A program made the position numbers and the translations under genes. 61,200 bases of DNA from a virus (taxonomy: Duplodnaviria; Caudoviricetes), in the IMG/VR virus record IMGVR_UViG_3300046744_000205, positions 1 through 61,200 of that record; one strand, given 5' to 3'. Positions within the stretch are counted from its first letter, which is position 1; each line of letters opens with the position of its first letter. This document shows, piece by piece, positions 35,647 to 46,095 of the stretch. The notes beneath the pieces are model-generated. The model did not search any database and was not told where the DNA came from. It was given only the letters and a program-made list of their open reading frames with translations.

Positions 35647-38600
35647 TTAACAATTGCAGCACGAGTTTTCTATTGTTGCTCCAAAACATAAATCATCCTG
35701 AGTTGATAATCTGTAATCCCAAATCAAGTACAAATAAGCTCCTGTATTCGGCATTGTAAATGTAGAAAAGTATCTATCAGGTTCGCCTGTAGCATTTATT
35801 GGAGCAGCTGTTGTAGCTGCTGCAAGTAGTGATTTTATATCTGCAACATTATTGTAATATCTTGTATTACTTCTTAAATATCTGAAGTTATTTACATTTT
35901 TATTAAATACAAAATCATCAAAGTTAATCTTATTAGATATAATACTAACAGTAGCTGAATCAGCAGGAATTACACCTGCTCCCTGAAGCCCTGTTATTTG
36001 GTCATAATCAGATATTACAAACTCAGTTGTATTGTTATTGTCGAAAGAAACTAATCGTGAATGTAATGGCGATACAAATGCACCATCAGTCCAACTATAT
36101 TCGCTGTGTATGTATTTGTCATTATCCGCATCGCTTGTAATAGATACAGGAATAATAGTAATAGTTTCTGCGACAGGACACCCAACAGTAATTCCTCGTA
36201 TATAGCTTTTATTTGTCGAAGAATTTCTAACTACCAAAGAAACCTTTTGGTCAGCAACAGAACTTTTCTGAATAGTTATTGTAGCATCCGCAGGAGGGTT
36301 GGGGCTATTGTATGTGGTAGTAGTTCCTGCATATGTATAGTCTATACTAAATGATTGATTGCCCGAAACTGATGAGTCTATATCTATAACTATATTGACA
36401 TCTCCAACTAGGTCTCCTACATCAACGCAGAAATCATAAGGTTTAGCCACATCTACAACTATATTACCTACTATTACACCACAGTCTATGCAATCTATAT
36501 CAACAGGTTTAACAATGTCATTTGAACTAAGAACATACTCATCCATATACGGGTCGAATCCACCTAGCTTTTGAGTCTCAAATGAATCTATAAATAAATC
36601 TCTAAACCAACTACGCATACCTTGTTCAGATATAACAGTCAGCTTTTCATTCTGAGCTGCACTACCTTTAAGCTGTATTACAGCACCACGCTTAGCATCT
36701 GTAAAGTATTTATCTGCACCCCATTGTACAAAACTCTCAGGGTTATTAGATATACCATACTCTTCTGTACGAGCTACTTGCTTGCCTAATACTTCAGGTA
36801 CTGTAACCAATGCACTACCACCTGTAGCACCTGTTATCATTTCTTTGCCTTGAAGGACATATGATATTCTGTCTTCCTGTAGTGTAAGTATGTCAGTCTC
36901 TCTGCCAAATAGTTTTTGGATAGGTCCAAATGTACGTTCAAGTGGTTTAAAGTTTAGTAATCCTAAATTAAACTCATTAAGTTTATTTATATTATTCTCT
37001 TCGTTATATACACCACTATATGTCAAGTCAGCAAAACGATGTGCTTCTTTATATTCTTGTTCATCTGTGGTGTAAACCCTGTTTCCAAGGTTAAATGTTT
37101 TACCTACAATTGAATCTCTTATCTTGTAACTCTCAGCACCATTTCCAAATGAATAGCAATTATAAAAATCTGTATTAACTATGGCAGATTGAGATGCAGT
37201 TTGTGTGCGAATATTTCCTTGGTGAAATCCATTTGAGTCAATTGTATATGTATCTGCGGATTCAAACCAAACATCAGGTAACGCATCTTGAGGCTCTGAT
37301 TCAAATATAACAACACCATCAGCTCTATATACATCGATTGTTGCTATTGATATTGACTGCTTATCCTTTCTATCTCCGCATTGTTTAGTTCCTACCATAT
37401 TTAAGACAGCAGGAAAAGTAGTTCCGTTTCCTTCTACATACCAAAATATATTTCTAGATAATCCTGTTTTTAAAGGAGATGTTGGAAATAAATAACTATT
37501 AGCATAATATGCTCTTTTTATAGTAGAAAACTCATTTCTATTATTAGGGTCAGTTGGAAATTCTGCACTATCCAATACTCCTTGAAAATTCTCTCCTATA
37601 AGAAAGTCAAACATATTATCATAATTCTTTGATGCTGTCATTTGTGCAGATAACTCCATTCTTATAGGGGAACAATTACCTTTTCCGTTTCTACCAAAAT
37701 TTAATGTTATAAATACTCTCGAGCCCAAAGGAACAGTATATTCTACATAATTTCCTGAGCTATTTAAAACAGACATTGGGTATTGAACGCCTGCATAAAC
37801 ACCGGGATTATCACTAACAGTAGAGTCGGGGTAAGTCCCAACAAATCCCCATTCTGAATTTGAACCAAATTCTCCTCTTTGTTGACCATACAATACAGAA
37901 GAATTTTCTTGCTCAGCTATGTTTATAGAGTTAGTTCCTATCTTCATATAAGAACCTACTAAACTTCCTGTTTCAATTTCATTCACTGCGTATACTTTCT
38001 TTTCCAATACAGTCACATAAATACAGCTTGTAGTTGCACCTCCCGAATCTTTTTTAACAATAAGTCTATCTCCTACCTCTATTTTTTGAGAGTTCTCTCC
38101 CTCTAAAAGAAAATATGCATAATTTGCATCAGTAGTTCTGTAATATATGTTGCTATATATTACATCATAATTTTCCTCGTCAGGCTTTATAACAAACTTA
38201 TAATTCGTAGCCCATTCAGGAGCAATTTGTCTTGGCGGTATATTTACCTGTATAGTGTTTCTAGTTGAAGATGCACTACAAGGAACGTGAAGTGAATTGT
38301 TATTACTAACGAGTGCTGTACTTGAACGACCATAATCATCCATATAAACTATTCCCGTTTCATACCCTCTATTACTATGAAGACTGCCTATGGTAGGACT
38401 TGTTCTAATAGTAGAATTTATAAATGTTACTTCATAAAATTCATATATATCTTCTGATGTGTTAGTACCTACAGTTACGTTATCTACAAAACGCATATAA
38501 GGTAACTTAAATATTATAGAATCTTTTAATAAGCCGGTGCTAAATGCTGTAATACCTATCGGCTCATTTTGCTCATACCCTGTAACACCAACAAGGTCTG

Positions 38601-40263
38601 CTCCGCTTGTAGCACTAGCGTATTTTTTTACAGAGCCGCTTGTAGTAGGAGAAGGTAAGCTAGCAGGTATAGCACAATTAAAAATATCCGTAAATGTATT
38701 CCCATCGCAAGATTTATCTCCTGTAGGAGCATATACAGGTTTAATATTTCTTGGACTAATACTACCTACTTTATTTACAAATTCATCACTTGTTGCTAGC
38801 TCATATACGCTATTATAATTACTAGTTAAAGTAATTGAAAAAGAAATATCTAATTCACCTGTTTGCGATGTTGGCTGAGGATTACTTGATGGAGCAAATC
38901 CAACTCCTGATGATACATCGCTGTGTTTAAAACTTAAATCAAAAGTTAATGTATTTCCGGCTTTAAAATCTTTTACAAAACTTGATAAGTTAATAGCTCC
39001 TGAACCACTTGTTGTTACGGTAATACCCCTAGATGGTATAGTGTAGGTAGTAGCAAGCTCACTTCCCTCTACTTCATTTTCATTTATATTTTCACTTAAT
39101 AATCCAACTGTGTATTCTATTTGTGTTGGCACACCGTTTCTTTCTAAATTATATCCATCTATATAGTTACCATATATAAGTCTATTACCCATTATTGTTT
39201 GGGCTAAAGCAAAACGTGGTACATTGTCATATATTCTTAGTATCTCAGAATCAGGTAATATTGTAAATATATTACTGTTTGTAAATGTATATGTTTCAGT
39301 TGAGTTATCTGAAAACCCTCTATCTGTTTTATTAAATTTATCTATAACTTTTATAGTGCTGTTTTGAGCTTCTTTAAATAATAAATCAATACTTTCAACT
39401 AAAGGACCACCCGTGTTATAAGATACTAATGCTGAATTATAAAAGTTTGTCATACCCTCATTCAAATTACTATTTGGTGTGTAATCAAAATTTTTAGGAA
39501 CAAACGCAGGGTCTGAAAATGGAGATGTTGCAGAATATTCTCCATCAGCATATCTATACCTATATGCAAAACATATAAACCTATCTTCTAAATAATTATC
39601 TTCTGCTAAAGGTATTTGTTGCAGCTCAATAGTAGGTGCAAATAATGGTGGTCTTTTTATAACCAATAACCTTTCAGCTAATAGTAAAGGATTATTTCCA
39701 AAATCTACTATTCTAGGTGCAGATAATACAGGATTGTCGTATCCGCTTTTTATATTAATAAATCTTGGTGGATTTATATTGTCTGTAAAAAACAATAAAT
39801 TTTCTACTAAATCTACACCTGTAATTAAATATTTTGAGTCAAAGTTTAATGTTGTGTTTACATTTCCACCATCGTTTACACTAATAACGTGATAATCAAT
39901 TATATTGTCAGTAGTATTATACGATACTATCAAATCTATCTTTCCTGTTGGAAATAATGACGTAGGTGAACCTGAACCATCTCTAGCAAAAAAAGGGTCG
40001 TGAACAAACCAATATATAGTTTCATTAGCCCCATCTTCATATGCACCAATGCATTTAGCTTGAGTGCTTAATTTTTCGTTATTGTATTCTAACGCAGTTA
40101 GACCTAAGTTACCCTTAGTGTTTTCTATTACACCAATCTCAGAGTTTTCTGTAGACCCCATACGAACATTTATCGCATCTATATATTCGCCATCAGGGAT
40201 AAGTCGTTCATCAACCGACTTATTCATTCTACCTTTTATGAAGTTTCTTGTAATATTCGCCAT
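35647..40263 (-). CDS. Tail nozzle/stabilisation protein
   Basis: GRMNKSVDERLIPDGEYIDAIN N-terminus, LFFTDNINPPRFIN, YGISNNPESF, YFTDAKRG. Confidence 0.75.
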   Translation of the reverse strand: MANITRNFIKGRMNKSVDERLIPDGEYIDAINVRMGSTENSEIGVIENTKGNLGLTALEYNNEKLSTQAKCIGAYEDGANETIYWFVHDPFFARDGSGSPTSLFPTGKIDLIVSYNTTDNIIDYHVISVNDGGNVNTTLNFDSKYLITGVDLVENLLFFTDNINPPRFINIKSGYDNPVLSAPRIVDFGNNPLLLAERLLVIKRPPLFAPTIELQQIPLAEDNYLEDRFICFAYRYRYADGEYSATSPFSDPAFVPKNFDYTPNSNLNEGMTNFYNSALVSYNTGGPLVESIDLLFKEAQNSTIKVIDKFNKTDRGFSDNSTETYTFTNSNIFTILPDSEILRIYDNVPRFALAQTIMGNRLIYGNYIDGYNLERNGVPTQIEYTVGLLSENINENEVEGSELATTYTIPSRGITVTTSGSGAINLSSFVKDFKAGNTLTFDLSFKHSDVSSGVGFAPSSNPQPTSQTGELDISFSITLTSNYNSVYELATSDEFVNKVGSISPRNIKPVYAPTGDKSCDGNTFTDIFNCAIPASLPSPTTSGSVKKYASATSGADLVGVTGYEQNEPIGITAFSTGLLKDSIIFKLPYMRFVDNVTVGTNTSEDIYEFYEVTFINSTIRTSPTIGSLHSNRGYETGIVYMDDYGRSSTALVSNNNSLHVPCSASSTRNTIQVNIPPRQIAPEWATNYKFVIKPDEENYDVIYSNIYYRTTDANYAYFLLEGENSQKIEVGDRLIVKKDSGGATTSCIYVTVLEKKVYAVNEIETGSLVGSYMKIGTNSINIAEQENSSVLYGQQRGEFGSNSEWGFVGTYPDSTVSDNPGVYAGVQYPMSVLNSSGNYVEYTVPLGSRVFITLNFGRNGKGNCSPIRMELSAQMTASKNYDNMFDFLIGENFQGVLDSAEFPTDPNNRNEFSTIKRAYYANSYLFPTSPLKTGLSRNIFWYVEGNGTTFPAVLNMVGTKQCGDRKDKQSISIATIDVYRADGVVIFESEPQDALPDVWFESADTYTIDSNGFHQGNIRTQTASQSAIVNTDFYNCYSFGNGAESYKIRDSIVGKTFNLGNRVYTTDEQEYKEAHRFADLTYSGVYNEENNINKLNEFNLGLLNFKPLERTFGPIQKLFGRETDILTLQEDRISYVLQGKEMITGATGGSALVTVPEVLGKQVARTEEYGISNNPESFVQWGADKYFTDAKRGAVIQLKGSAAQNEKLTVISEQGMRSWFRDLFIDSFETQKLGGFDPYMDEYVLSSNDIVKPVDIDCIDCGVIVGNIVVDVAKPYDFCVDVGDLVGDVNIVIDIDSSVSGNQSFSIDYTYAGTTTTYNSPNPPADATITIQKSSVADQKVSLVVRNSSTNKSYIRGITVGCPVAETITIIPVSITSDADNDKYIHSEYSWTDGAFVSPLHSRLVSFDNNNTTEFVISDYDQITGLQGAGVIPADSATVSIISNKINFDDFVFNKNVNNFRYLRSNTRYYNNVADIKSLLAAATTAAPINATGEPDRYFSTFTMPNTGAYLYLIWDYRLSTQDDLCFGATIENSCCNC

Positions 40264-40264
40264 A

Positions 40265-41188
40265 TTATTTTATCCACTTATCTTGACCTCTTAGATTCAT
40301 TAACAATCGACCCGGGTGGATATTACTTATTCTTATCTTAGCGTTTCTTAATAAAGCAGTTTTTCTTTTCTGTGCTCTTCGTACAACGTACTCCTGCACA
40401 TTAAGTTTACTATTTAATATTGCGTATTCGATATATGCATAAACATAATCTTCAAATAATTTATTTACACTAATCTTAGAGTCATCCCCACCTTCCATAC
40501 CATCAGATACATACTCAAGTATACAAAGCTCTCCACTCATACCTGAGCTAAAGTTTATAACACCTGATGCTTTATCTATCTTAAATGTAGGATTTATATT
40601 TGCTGTTTCTGTATTCAAACCATATCGTGCACCGATAGCATAATCAAAATACCAATTACCTTCATAATAGTATCCTTCCATTCCATCAAATTGACTTCCT
40701 TGATTAAGGTATATACTTTTCTTTTGGTTTGTAATTCTATCTAAATCAATCTGAGAAAACTGTGGTGACAATGCATTACCATCAGAATCAAATAATATTC
40801 TATTATTATTGTCTTGTAAGTACGCAAGAGAAGAGTTTATTTGAATATTCTCAGTTAGTGGTCTAAGTAAACCATCTTTGTATATATTTACTCTAACCCA
40901 ATTAACGTAGTCTGAAGGCAATATATATCGTAAAGAGTCATTCACATTCAACTCCAATACTTTAAGCTCTTTAAACGCATCGTAATTAAGTTCTTGTATT
41001 GCTCGCTTTGCGTGAAACAATACCTTAAATCTTTCCTCGTTATTTACAAGTGAATGGTTTCCATTGTACATCAACATAAAGTTGTTGACTATATCATACA
41101 AGCTGACATATTGGTATGAACCCCAATTCGCATCCTCAGGAGTTGCTCCTCCATTTTCATAATATTGATACTGTGATATATATGCCAT
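40265..41188 (-). CDS. Tail adaptor/ring protein
   Basis: LPSDYVNWVR; position before nozzle gene. Confidence 0.65.
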   Translation of the reverse strand: MAYISQYQYYENGGATPEDANWGSYQYVSLYDIVNNFMLMYNGNHSLVNNEERFKVLFHAKRAIQELNYDAFKELKVLELNVNDSLRYILPSDYVNWVRVNIYKDGLLRPLTENIQINSSLAYLQDNNNRILFDSDGNALSPQFSQIDLDRITNQKKSIYLNQGSQFDGMEGYYYEGNWYFDYAIGARYGLNTETANINPTFKIDKASGVINFSSGMSGELCILEYVSDGMEGGDDSKISVNKLFEDYVYAYIEYAILNSKLNVQEYVVRRAQKRKTALLRNAKIRISNIHPGRLLMNLRGQDKWIK

Positions 41189-42123
41189 TATTGTTGATTA
41201 TCTTTTTGTTCTTCTAAATTAGCAAACTGAACTACCTGAGCTTCTCTTATCTGTATACCTGAGTATTGAAGTATCTTAATTGATAAATTTACTTCATCAC
41301 TAATTGGTAACTCAAAGTCTTGATAATCCGATTGAGATTGGTCAAATACAGGCTGCCCTCCTGTAAGTGTACTATATGTCCACTTAGGGTCTTTAGGGTA
41401 TCTAATATACTGACTAAATACCTGACCGGGATTGTTTATTGTTTTTGGCAATACTGTTACCGAATCAGTATTTAAAGAATACGCAGGAAAAGTTTTAGTA
41501 GGTGCAGTAAGTAATGAGTTAGCTAACATACTAATCTTACTATTTGTTACCTTCTCTGCCTCATAGTTCTCAGGTTTAAATATAGAATATGGTTTTCCAT
41601 TACCCGTACCCGGGGGGAATATATTGTCTTCCAAGTTAAGTATAGTATTAGATACGTTTGTAATTGTTGTTTGTTCTAATGTATCTAAATTTACTGCTAT
41701 ATCGCCAACAGATACAACACCTGCAAAACCACTATCCTTCATTGTAAATGGCTGTGGACTTGTTTGGTTATTTCCACCCTTTAAAAAAGTAGTATATGCC
41801 AATACCTTATTTAATAAATAGTAATCATCTCCTGTAGTTAATTGAGATGGTGTAAGATATCTGTTAAATGCTTTTTGGTCAAAGTTTCTTATTGTTGAGA
41901 ATGTATCTATAGACTCTTCAATGCCCTTTGTCATATCAGCATACTCAGACCCTGATATCCTAGCGTTCTCTTTATTAATAGCCGTATTGTAATCACTAAA
42001 GTAATTTTCAAAGATTTCTAGCTGTGCTTGCTTAGCAAACAGATTAAAATCCTGTGGAGATATATATCCATAGTTGTTCTTGTTAAGAACCGAAAAGACT
42101 GTATTTCTTACTGAGTTTATCAT
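41188..42123 (-). CDS. Tail adaptor/ring protein
   Basis: LNKNNYGYISPQDFNLFAKQAQ, YIRYPKDP, DFELP. Confidence 0.65.
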   Translation of the reverse strand: MINSVRNTVFSVLNKNNYGYISPQDFNLFAKQAQLEIFENYFSDYNTAINKENARISGSEYADMTKGIEESIDTFSTIRNFDQKAFNRYLTPSQLTTGDDYYLLNKVLAYTTFLKGGNNQTSPQPFTMKDSGFAGVVSVGDIAVNLDTLEQTTITNVSNTILNLEDNIFPPGTGNGKPYSIFKPENYEAEKVTNSKISMLANSLLTAPTKTFPAYSLNTDSVTVLPKTINNPGQVFSQYIRYPKDPKWTYSTLTGGQPVFDQSQSDYQDFELPISDEVNLSIKILQYSGIQIREAQVVQFANLEEQKDNQQ

Positions 42124-42147
42124 AATAAACTTTTGTACAAAGATAAC

Positions 42148-42181
42148 AAAAAAAAAGAGTCCGATGAAAAATCGGACTCTT
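42148..42181 (-). terminator. Intrinsic terminator
   Basis: GAGTCCGAT/ATCGGACTC stem, T9 on minus strand. Confidence 0.85.
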
Positions 42182-42204
42182 ATGATTTTGAAAGTTAATT
42201 ATTC

Positions 42205-42534
42205 TTACGAAGAGTATTCAACTTCAATTTGAGCTACTCCTGTAATAGCATACTTAGGGCTAAGCGTGTAGTAAGGATTAGTCCAACTTGTCTGTAAAGC
42301 TGATTCAATAGCATCTACGATACTGTTTAACTGCTCTTTAGTTTTAGCCGCATCTGCTGCTGTTGTAGCTGTAATCTCAAATCCTAAGACTTCAGAAGCT
42401 CCGGTGGCTTTGTGACCTACTATACCGTAAAGAATTTTAACCTTAGTGTTTGCTCCTACTTCTACTCCAAGAATGTTCTTAATTGGAATTAAGTGAAAAG
42501 CATCACTTAGACTGATTTTTAGAAATTTTTCCAT
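42205..42534 (-). CDS. Hypothetical (possibly capsid auxiliary) protein
   Basis: Monocistronic; start taken at MEKFLKI. Confidence 0.65.
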   Translation of the reverse strand: MEKFLKISLSDAFHLIPIKNILGVEVGANTKVKILYGIVGHKATGASEVLGFEITATTAADAAKTKEQLNSIVDAIESALQTSWTNPYYTLSPKYAITGVAQIEVEYSS

Positions 42535-42601
42535 AATAATAAATAATTTGTTAGTTAAAAACATCATCTTCGTGATGATGACTGTACTGCAAATATAAGT
42601 C

Positions 42602-42634
42602 AAAAAAAATACCCATATTTTTCAATATGGGTAT
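42602..42634 (-). terminator. Intrinsic terminator
   Basis: ATACCCATATT/AATATGGGTAT stem, T run on minus strand. Confidence 0.85.
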
Positions 42635-42656
42635 CTTTAATTTATTCAAATGCTGA

Positions 42657-43406
42657 TTATACTTCTATAAGATTTTCAAGCATTTTTAGTGAGTCAATTC
42701 CTTCATCACTCTGCAAGTATGATGTTGCTAAATACAATGGGTCTTCATTGAATGGAACAACAAGCATTCTTGTTTTGTTAAATGGCGTATTAAACCATAT
42801 TTCCTTATTATTTCTTCTAAAGGTTAATAACCCTTTATCAAAGAACAGTTGTACTGTACCTTGAACCTTCATTGTTGGGTCATTAATAGCATCTAAAAAG
42901 TCACTTGGATTGCTTTTAGCAAATATTAATATATCTCTTTTTAGTTCAGCAGTAGATATATTCGATGTATCTCTACCAAACAATACACGAGATATTGTTT
43001 CTATTTGTTCTATAGATAATTTACTTGCCTCAACAAGTGCATCTACTTCAAGGTTTAATATTTCAACCTCTTCTTTTGCATCCTTAGCATCATCAACCTC
43101 TACAAATCTTTTTCCATTCATAGGATGGTAATGTAAAAATTCTTGAAGCACAGGATTATTTGCAGGAACGTAAAGCATACCATCTTCAAAAACAATTGGC
43201 TCTAAAATAAGATTACCATCTTGCTCATCCTCGAATGGGGACTTTTGGTTTCTAGCATATCTAAGTGGTCTGTTTTCATTTTTTTCTTCATCGAAGTAAA
43301 GTAATGAATAGCTCCTAGAACTTTTCGTTGGTATCATAAACGATAAGGGAGCTTTGTCTGATGTTAATTTGTAGGTTTTAGCTACAGATATTTTTTTATT
43401 TTTCAT
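42657..43406 (-). CDS. Hypothetical virion-associated protein
   Basis: Directly downstream of capsid gene. Confidence 0.65.
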   Translation of the reverse strand: MKNKKISVAKTYKLTSDKAPLSFMIPTKSSRSYSLLYFDEEKNENRPLRYARNQKSPFEDEQDGNLILEPIVFEDGMLYVPANNPVLQEFLHYHPMNGKRFVEVDDAKDAKEEVEILNLEVDALVEASKLSIEQIETISRVLFGRDTSNISTAELKRDILIFAKSNPSDFLDAINDPTMKVQGTVQLFFDKGLLTFRRNNKEIWFNTPFNKTRMLVVPFNEDPLYLATSYLQSDEGIDSLKMLENLIEV

Positions 43407-43427
43407 TTGATTTAATTTATAATTTTT

Positions 43428-43457
43428 AAAAAAAAGGGGTGATATTTCACACCCCTT
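43428..43457 (-). terminator. Intrinsic terminator after capsid gene
   Basis: AAGGGGTG/CACCCCTT stem, T run. Confidence 0.85.
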
Positions 43458-43473
43458 GTAATGTTAGTTATTC

Positions 43474-44928
43474 TTAATCTTTAAAGATAAAGAAGTTGTT
43501 TGCACCCATAGTACATACAGCTCTCTCAGAAAGGAAGTGTACTTCCATTGCATCAAGGTCGCTATTCATTGCACCACCTGCTGAACCTGTAATCCACGTT
43601 TTGTAACGTCTATCTTCAGTTTCTGAAGCTCTATAACGAACGTGTAAGAAAGGTCGCTTAGCATTCTTTCCAAGAACTTGGTCGTAAACAGTAGTAGAAC
43701 CCGCAGGTACTAATAATCCGTTAACTGCACCTGCTCCTGTAAGACCACCACGCATAGTTGGGTCGTTTAGGTATTTCCAATCAGTTTTGTAGAAATCGTA
43801 ACCTCTACGGAATCCTGTGAAACCTAAATTTAGAGCCATATCCTTATCGTTGTCAAATAGTCCGTAAGACGTACCACCTGCACCGTAAGAATTTTGAGCT
43901 GCTAACATATCATCAATATCAAAACCGAACTCTCTGTTCAAGAATATAACATTCTCTTCTATTGAACCCTGCTTATCTAATCGTCTAATGATGTTGTCAA
44001 AGTCAGCTAATGCCGCAGGATTACCACCTGCCCATACGTTCCCTCGGTCTTCTACTGTGTAGAAAATACCTTCAGTTCCTTTGAAACCTGCTGCAACTGC
44101 ACCTGAACCTGCTACTGCCGGCTCAGCTTCAATCATTGCTGTCTCTAGGTAGTCATCAAAACGTAAACGAGTTTCGTGCTCTGATTTTAAGTACCATAGG
44201 TATCCTGTAGCACCGTTTTCAGTAGTTACTTCTACCCATCCGATTTGAGCCATATCAGAACCTGATACTGCATACTTATCTTTAAGGATAATTGGAGAAC
44301 ATTCAAAGATGTCATCATCTGCTTCCAAAGAACCATCCATTCCGGATTGTCCTTTTTTAAACTCAGAACCGTAGATAAACATACTATATTTGTCTCCTGA
44401 TGCTTTAGTCATACCTAATGCTTCGTAAAAAGCAACTTTAAATTGACCATTTGATAAACTTGCTGCTGCATCAGGACCTACATTTGTAACAATACCTTTA
44501 TTAGTGGTAGCTGTAGCTGAAGAACCTGTATTTGGTGTAAGCATAACTGTTTGACCTACTCTAATAGCTATAGAACCTGCTGTTAATCCTATTGTAGCAC
44601 GGTTAGGTACTAATGCATCATTAACAGTAAATACTGCTGTATCTGAATTAGCTAATGCTCCTGATGTAGTACAGTCTACATATTTAGTGTGTAGTCTTCC
44701 TTGCTCAGCCCATTTAATAAGGTCAGAGTTAGAAGGCATTTCTGCTCCTACCATTCTAAGGAATGAGGAGATTGTACGATTACCATATCTTTCAAATTCT
44801 TTCTCATAAGTATCAGGTAGATACTGATTCAAGAAATCAAAGTTGGTAATATAATTTGTTGCGAGTGGGACTTGCTGTGCACTTGGCTGCAAATCAAACC
44901 CGGGGGTTGTTTGGACACTTCCTGCCAT
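43474..44928 (-). CDS. Major capsid protein
   Basis: 484 aa; order portal-scaffold-this gene; IKWAEQGRLH; strong terminator after. Confidence 0.85.
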   Translation of the reverse strand: MAGSVQTTPGFDLQPSAQQVPLATNYITNFDFLNQYLPDTYEKEFERYGNRTISSFLRMVGAEMPSNSDLIKWAEQGRLHTKYVDCTTSGALANSDTAVFTVNDALVPNRATIGLTAGSIAIRVGQTVMLTPNTGSSATATTNKGIVTNVGPDAAASLSNGQFKVAFYEALGMTKASGDKYSMFIYGSEFKKGQSGMDGSLEADDDIFECSPIILKDKYAVSGSDMAQIGWVEVTTENGATGYLWYLKSEHETRLRFDDYLETAMIEAEPAVAGSGAVAAGFKGTEGIFYTVEDRGNVWAGGNPAALADFDNIIRRLDKQGSIEENVIFLNREFGFDIDDMLAAQNSYGAGGTSYGLFDNDKDMALNLGFTGFRRGYDFYKTDWKYLNDPTMRGGLTGAGAVNGLLVPAGSTTVYDQVLGKNAKRPFLHVRYRASETEDRRYKTWITGSAGGAMNSDLDAMEVHFLSERAVCTMGANNFFIFKD

Positions 44929-44955
44929 AATTTTTCTTTTTTTTAATTTTTAAAC

Positions 44956-46050
44956 TTATTTTTTACTTCTAATTTTTAAACCTCTACCCGAGTCGCTGCC
45001 GAGAGATTTAATTTGCATCCCGCCTTTAGAAGTCACTTCAGGTGTTTTGCGTTCAGACATATTAATGTTTTTCGTCTTACGCATCACATCGTCAGTTGCC
45101 TCTGCTTTACCTTGTTCGTAAAAGAACTTGGCAAACTTTTCAGGATTCATTGCAATAGACAAAGCCTTGTGGTATCCTACTGCATCTTCAACAAGTCCAT
45201 CTTCATTCAAAAACTTTTTTAAAAAAGTTGATGTGTCAGATTGAGCTTTCTTTAGTTCAGTAGCGTCACCCGGAGAATAAGTTACTTTTTTATCGTCAAG
45301 CGTGAACTCAAAACCTTTGAACTCACTTCCGAATACATCATTAGTTTTTTTAATAAACCAATCATGCTTTCTTCGTAACTCTTCTTCGTAAGTCTTTGAT
45401 GACTCTATATATTGTTTATATGCCTCAAGATCTTTTGAATCGCTTTCAGAAATAGAACTCCCACTTGACTCAAGGGGAACTCTGTACTTTTCCTTCTGCT
45501 CATTAAAATACTTCTTGGCTTTAGCAATAGTCTTTTTCCTTGCTATTTTGATTTTCTTAATGTCAGCATCATCATCTAGATCCTCATCATATGAGTACTC
45601 ATCCATTAACATATCAATGTCTTCTGAGTCTAGACCTTCTTCAGTTGCACTAAGATATTCTCGTAGCAATGTGTCAGGGGTCAATTCATCAAAGTCTTTG
45701 TTTAATCTAACATAGTCATCGATTCCTCTTCCTGTTTCTTTTTTGTACTTGTAATAAGCTGCAACATCTTCAGGCATCTCTTCAGATTCCTGAGCTGCTG
45801 TAAGCTCATCAAGAGAATTTATTTCTCTTCCGTACTTATTCTTAATAAATGAAAGAACACTTTCCTCGTTTAACTCTGAGGGTTGAGTTGTATCTTCTTC
45901 CTTGGTTTCTTCTTGAGCAACAATCTCAGTTGTTTCTTCAGTTTCGACCTCTTCATTTAACTTTTCTTCGTGCTTTTCGAGTAACTCCTGTTCAACTTGT
46001 TGTACAGACTTTTCCTCAGCAACACCTACTTCTTTTACTTTAATTTCCAT
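44956..46050 (-). CDS. Putative capsid scaffolding protein
   Basis: Acidic helical protein between portal and capsid. Confidence 0.7.
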   Translation of the reverse strand: MEIKVKEVGVAEEKSVQQVEQELLEKHEEKLNEEVETEETTEIVAQEETKEEDTTQPSELNEESVLSFIKNKYGREINSLDELTAAQESEEMPEDVAAYYKYKKETGRGIDDYVRLNKDFDELTPDTLLREYLSATEEGLDSEDIDMLMDEYSYDEDLDDDADIKKIKIARKKTIAKAKKYFNEQKEKYRVPLESSGSSISESDSKDLEAYKQYIESSKTYEEELRRKHDWFIKKTNDVFGSEFKGFEFTLDDKKVTYSPGDATELKKAQSDTSTFLKKFLNEDGLVEDAVGYHKALSIAMNPEKFAKFFYEQGKAEATDDVMRKTKNINMSERKTPEVTSKGGMQIKSLGSDSGRGLKIRSKK

Positions 46051-46095
46051 TTGATTTGATTTTATGCAAAATTAAACAAAAAATAATTATGTTTT

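Noticed and set aside
42157-42179. Twelfth palindrome copy (TCCGAT...ATCGGA)
   Set aside because: Different arms and spacer, followed by a T run; ordinary terminator
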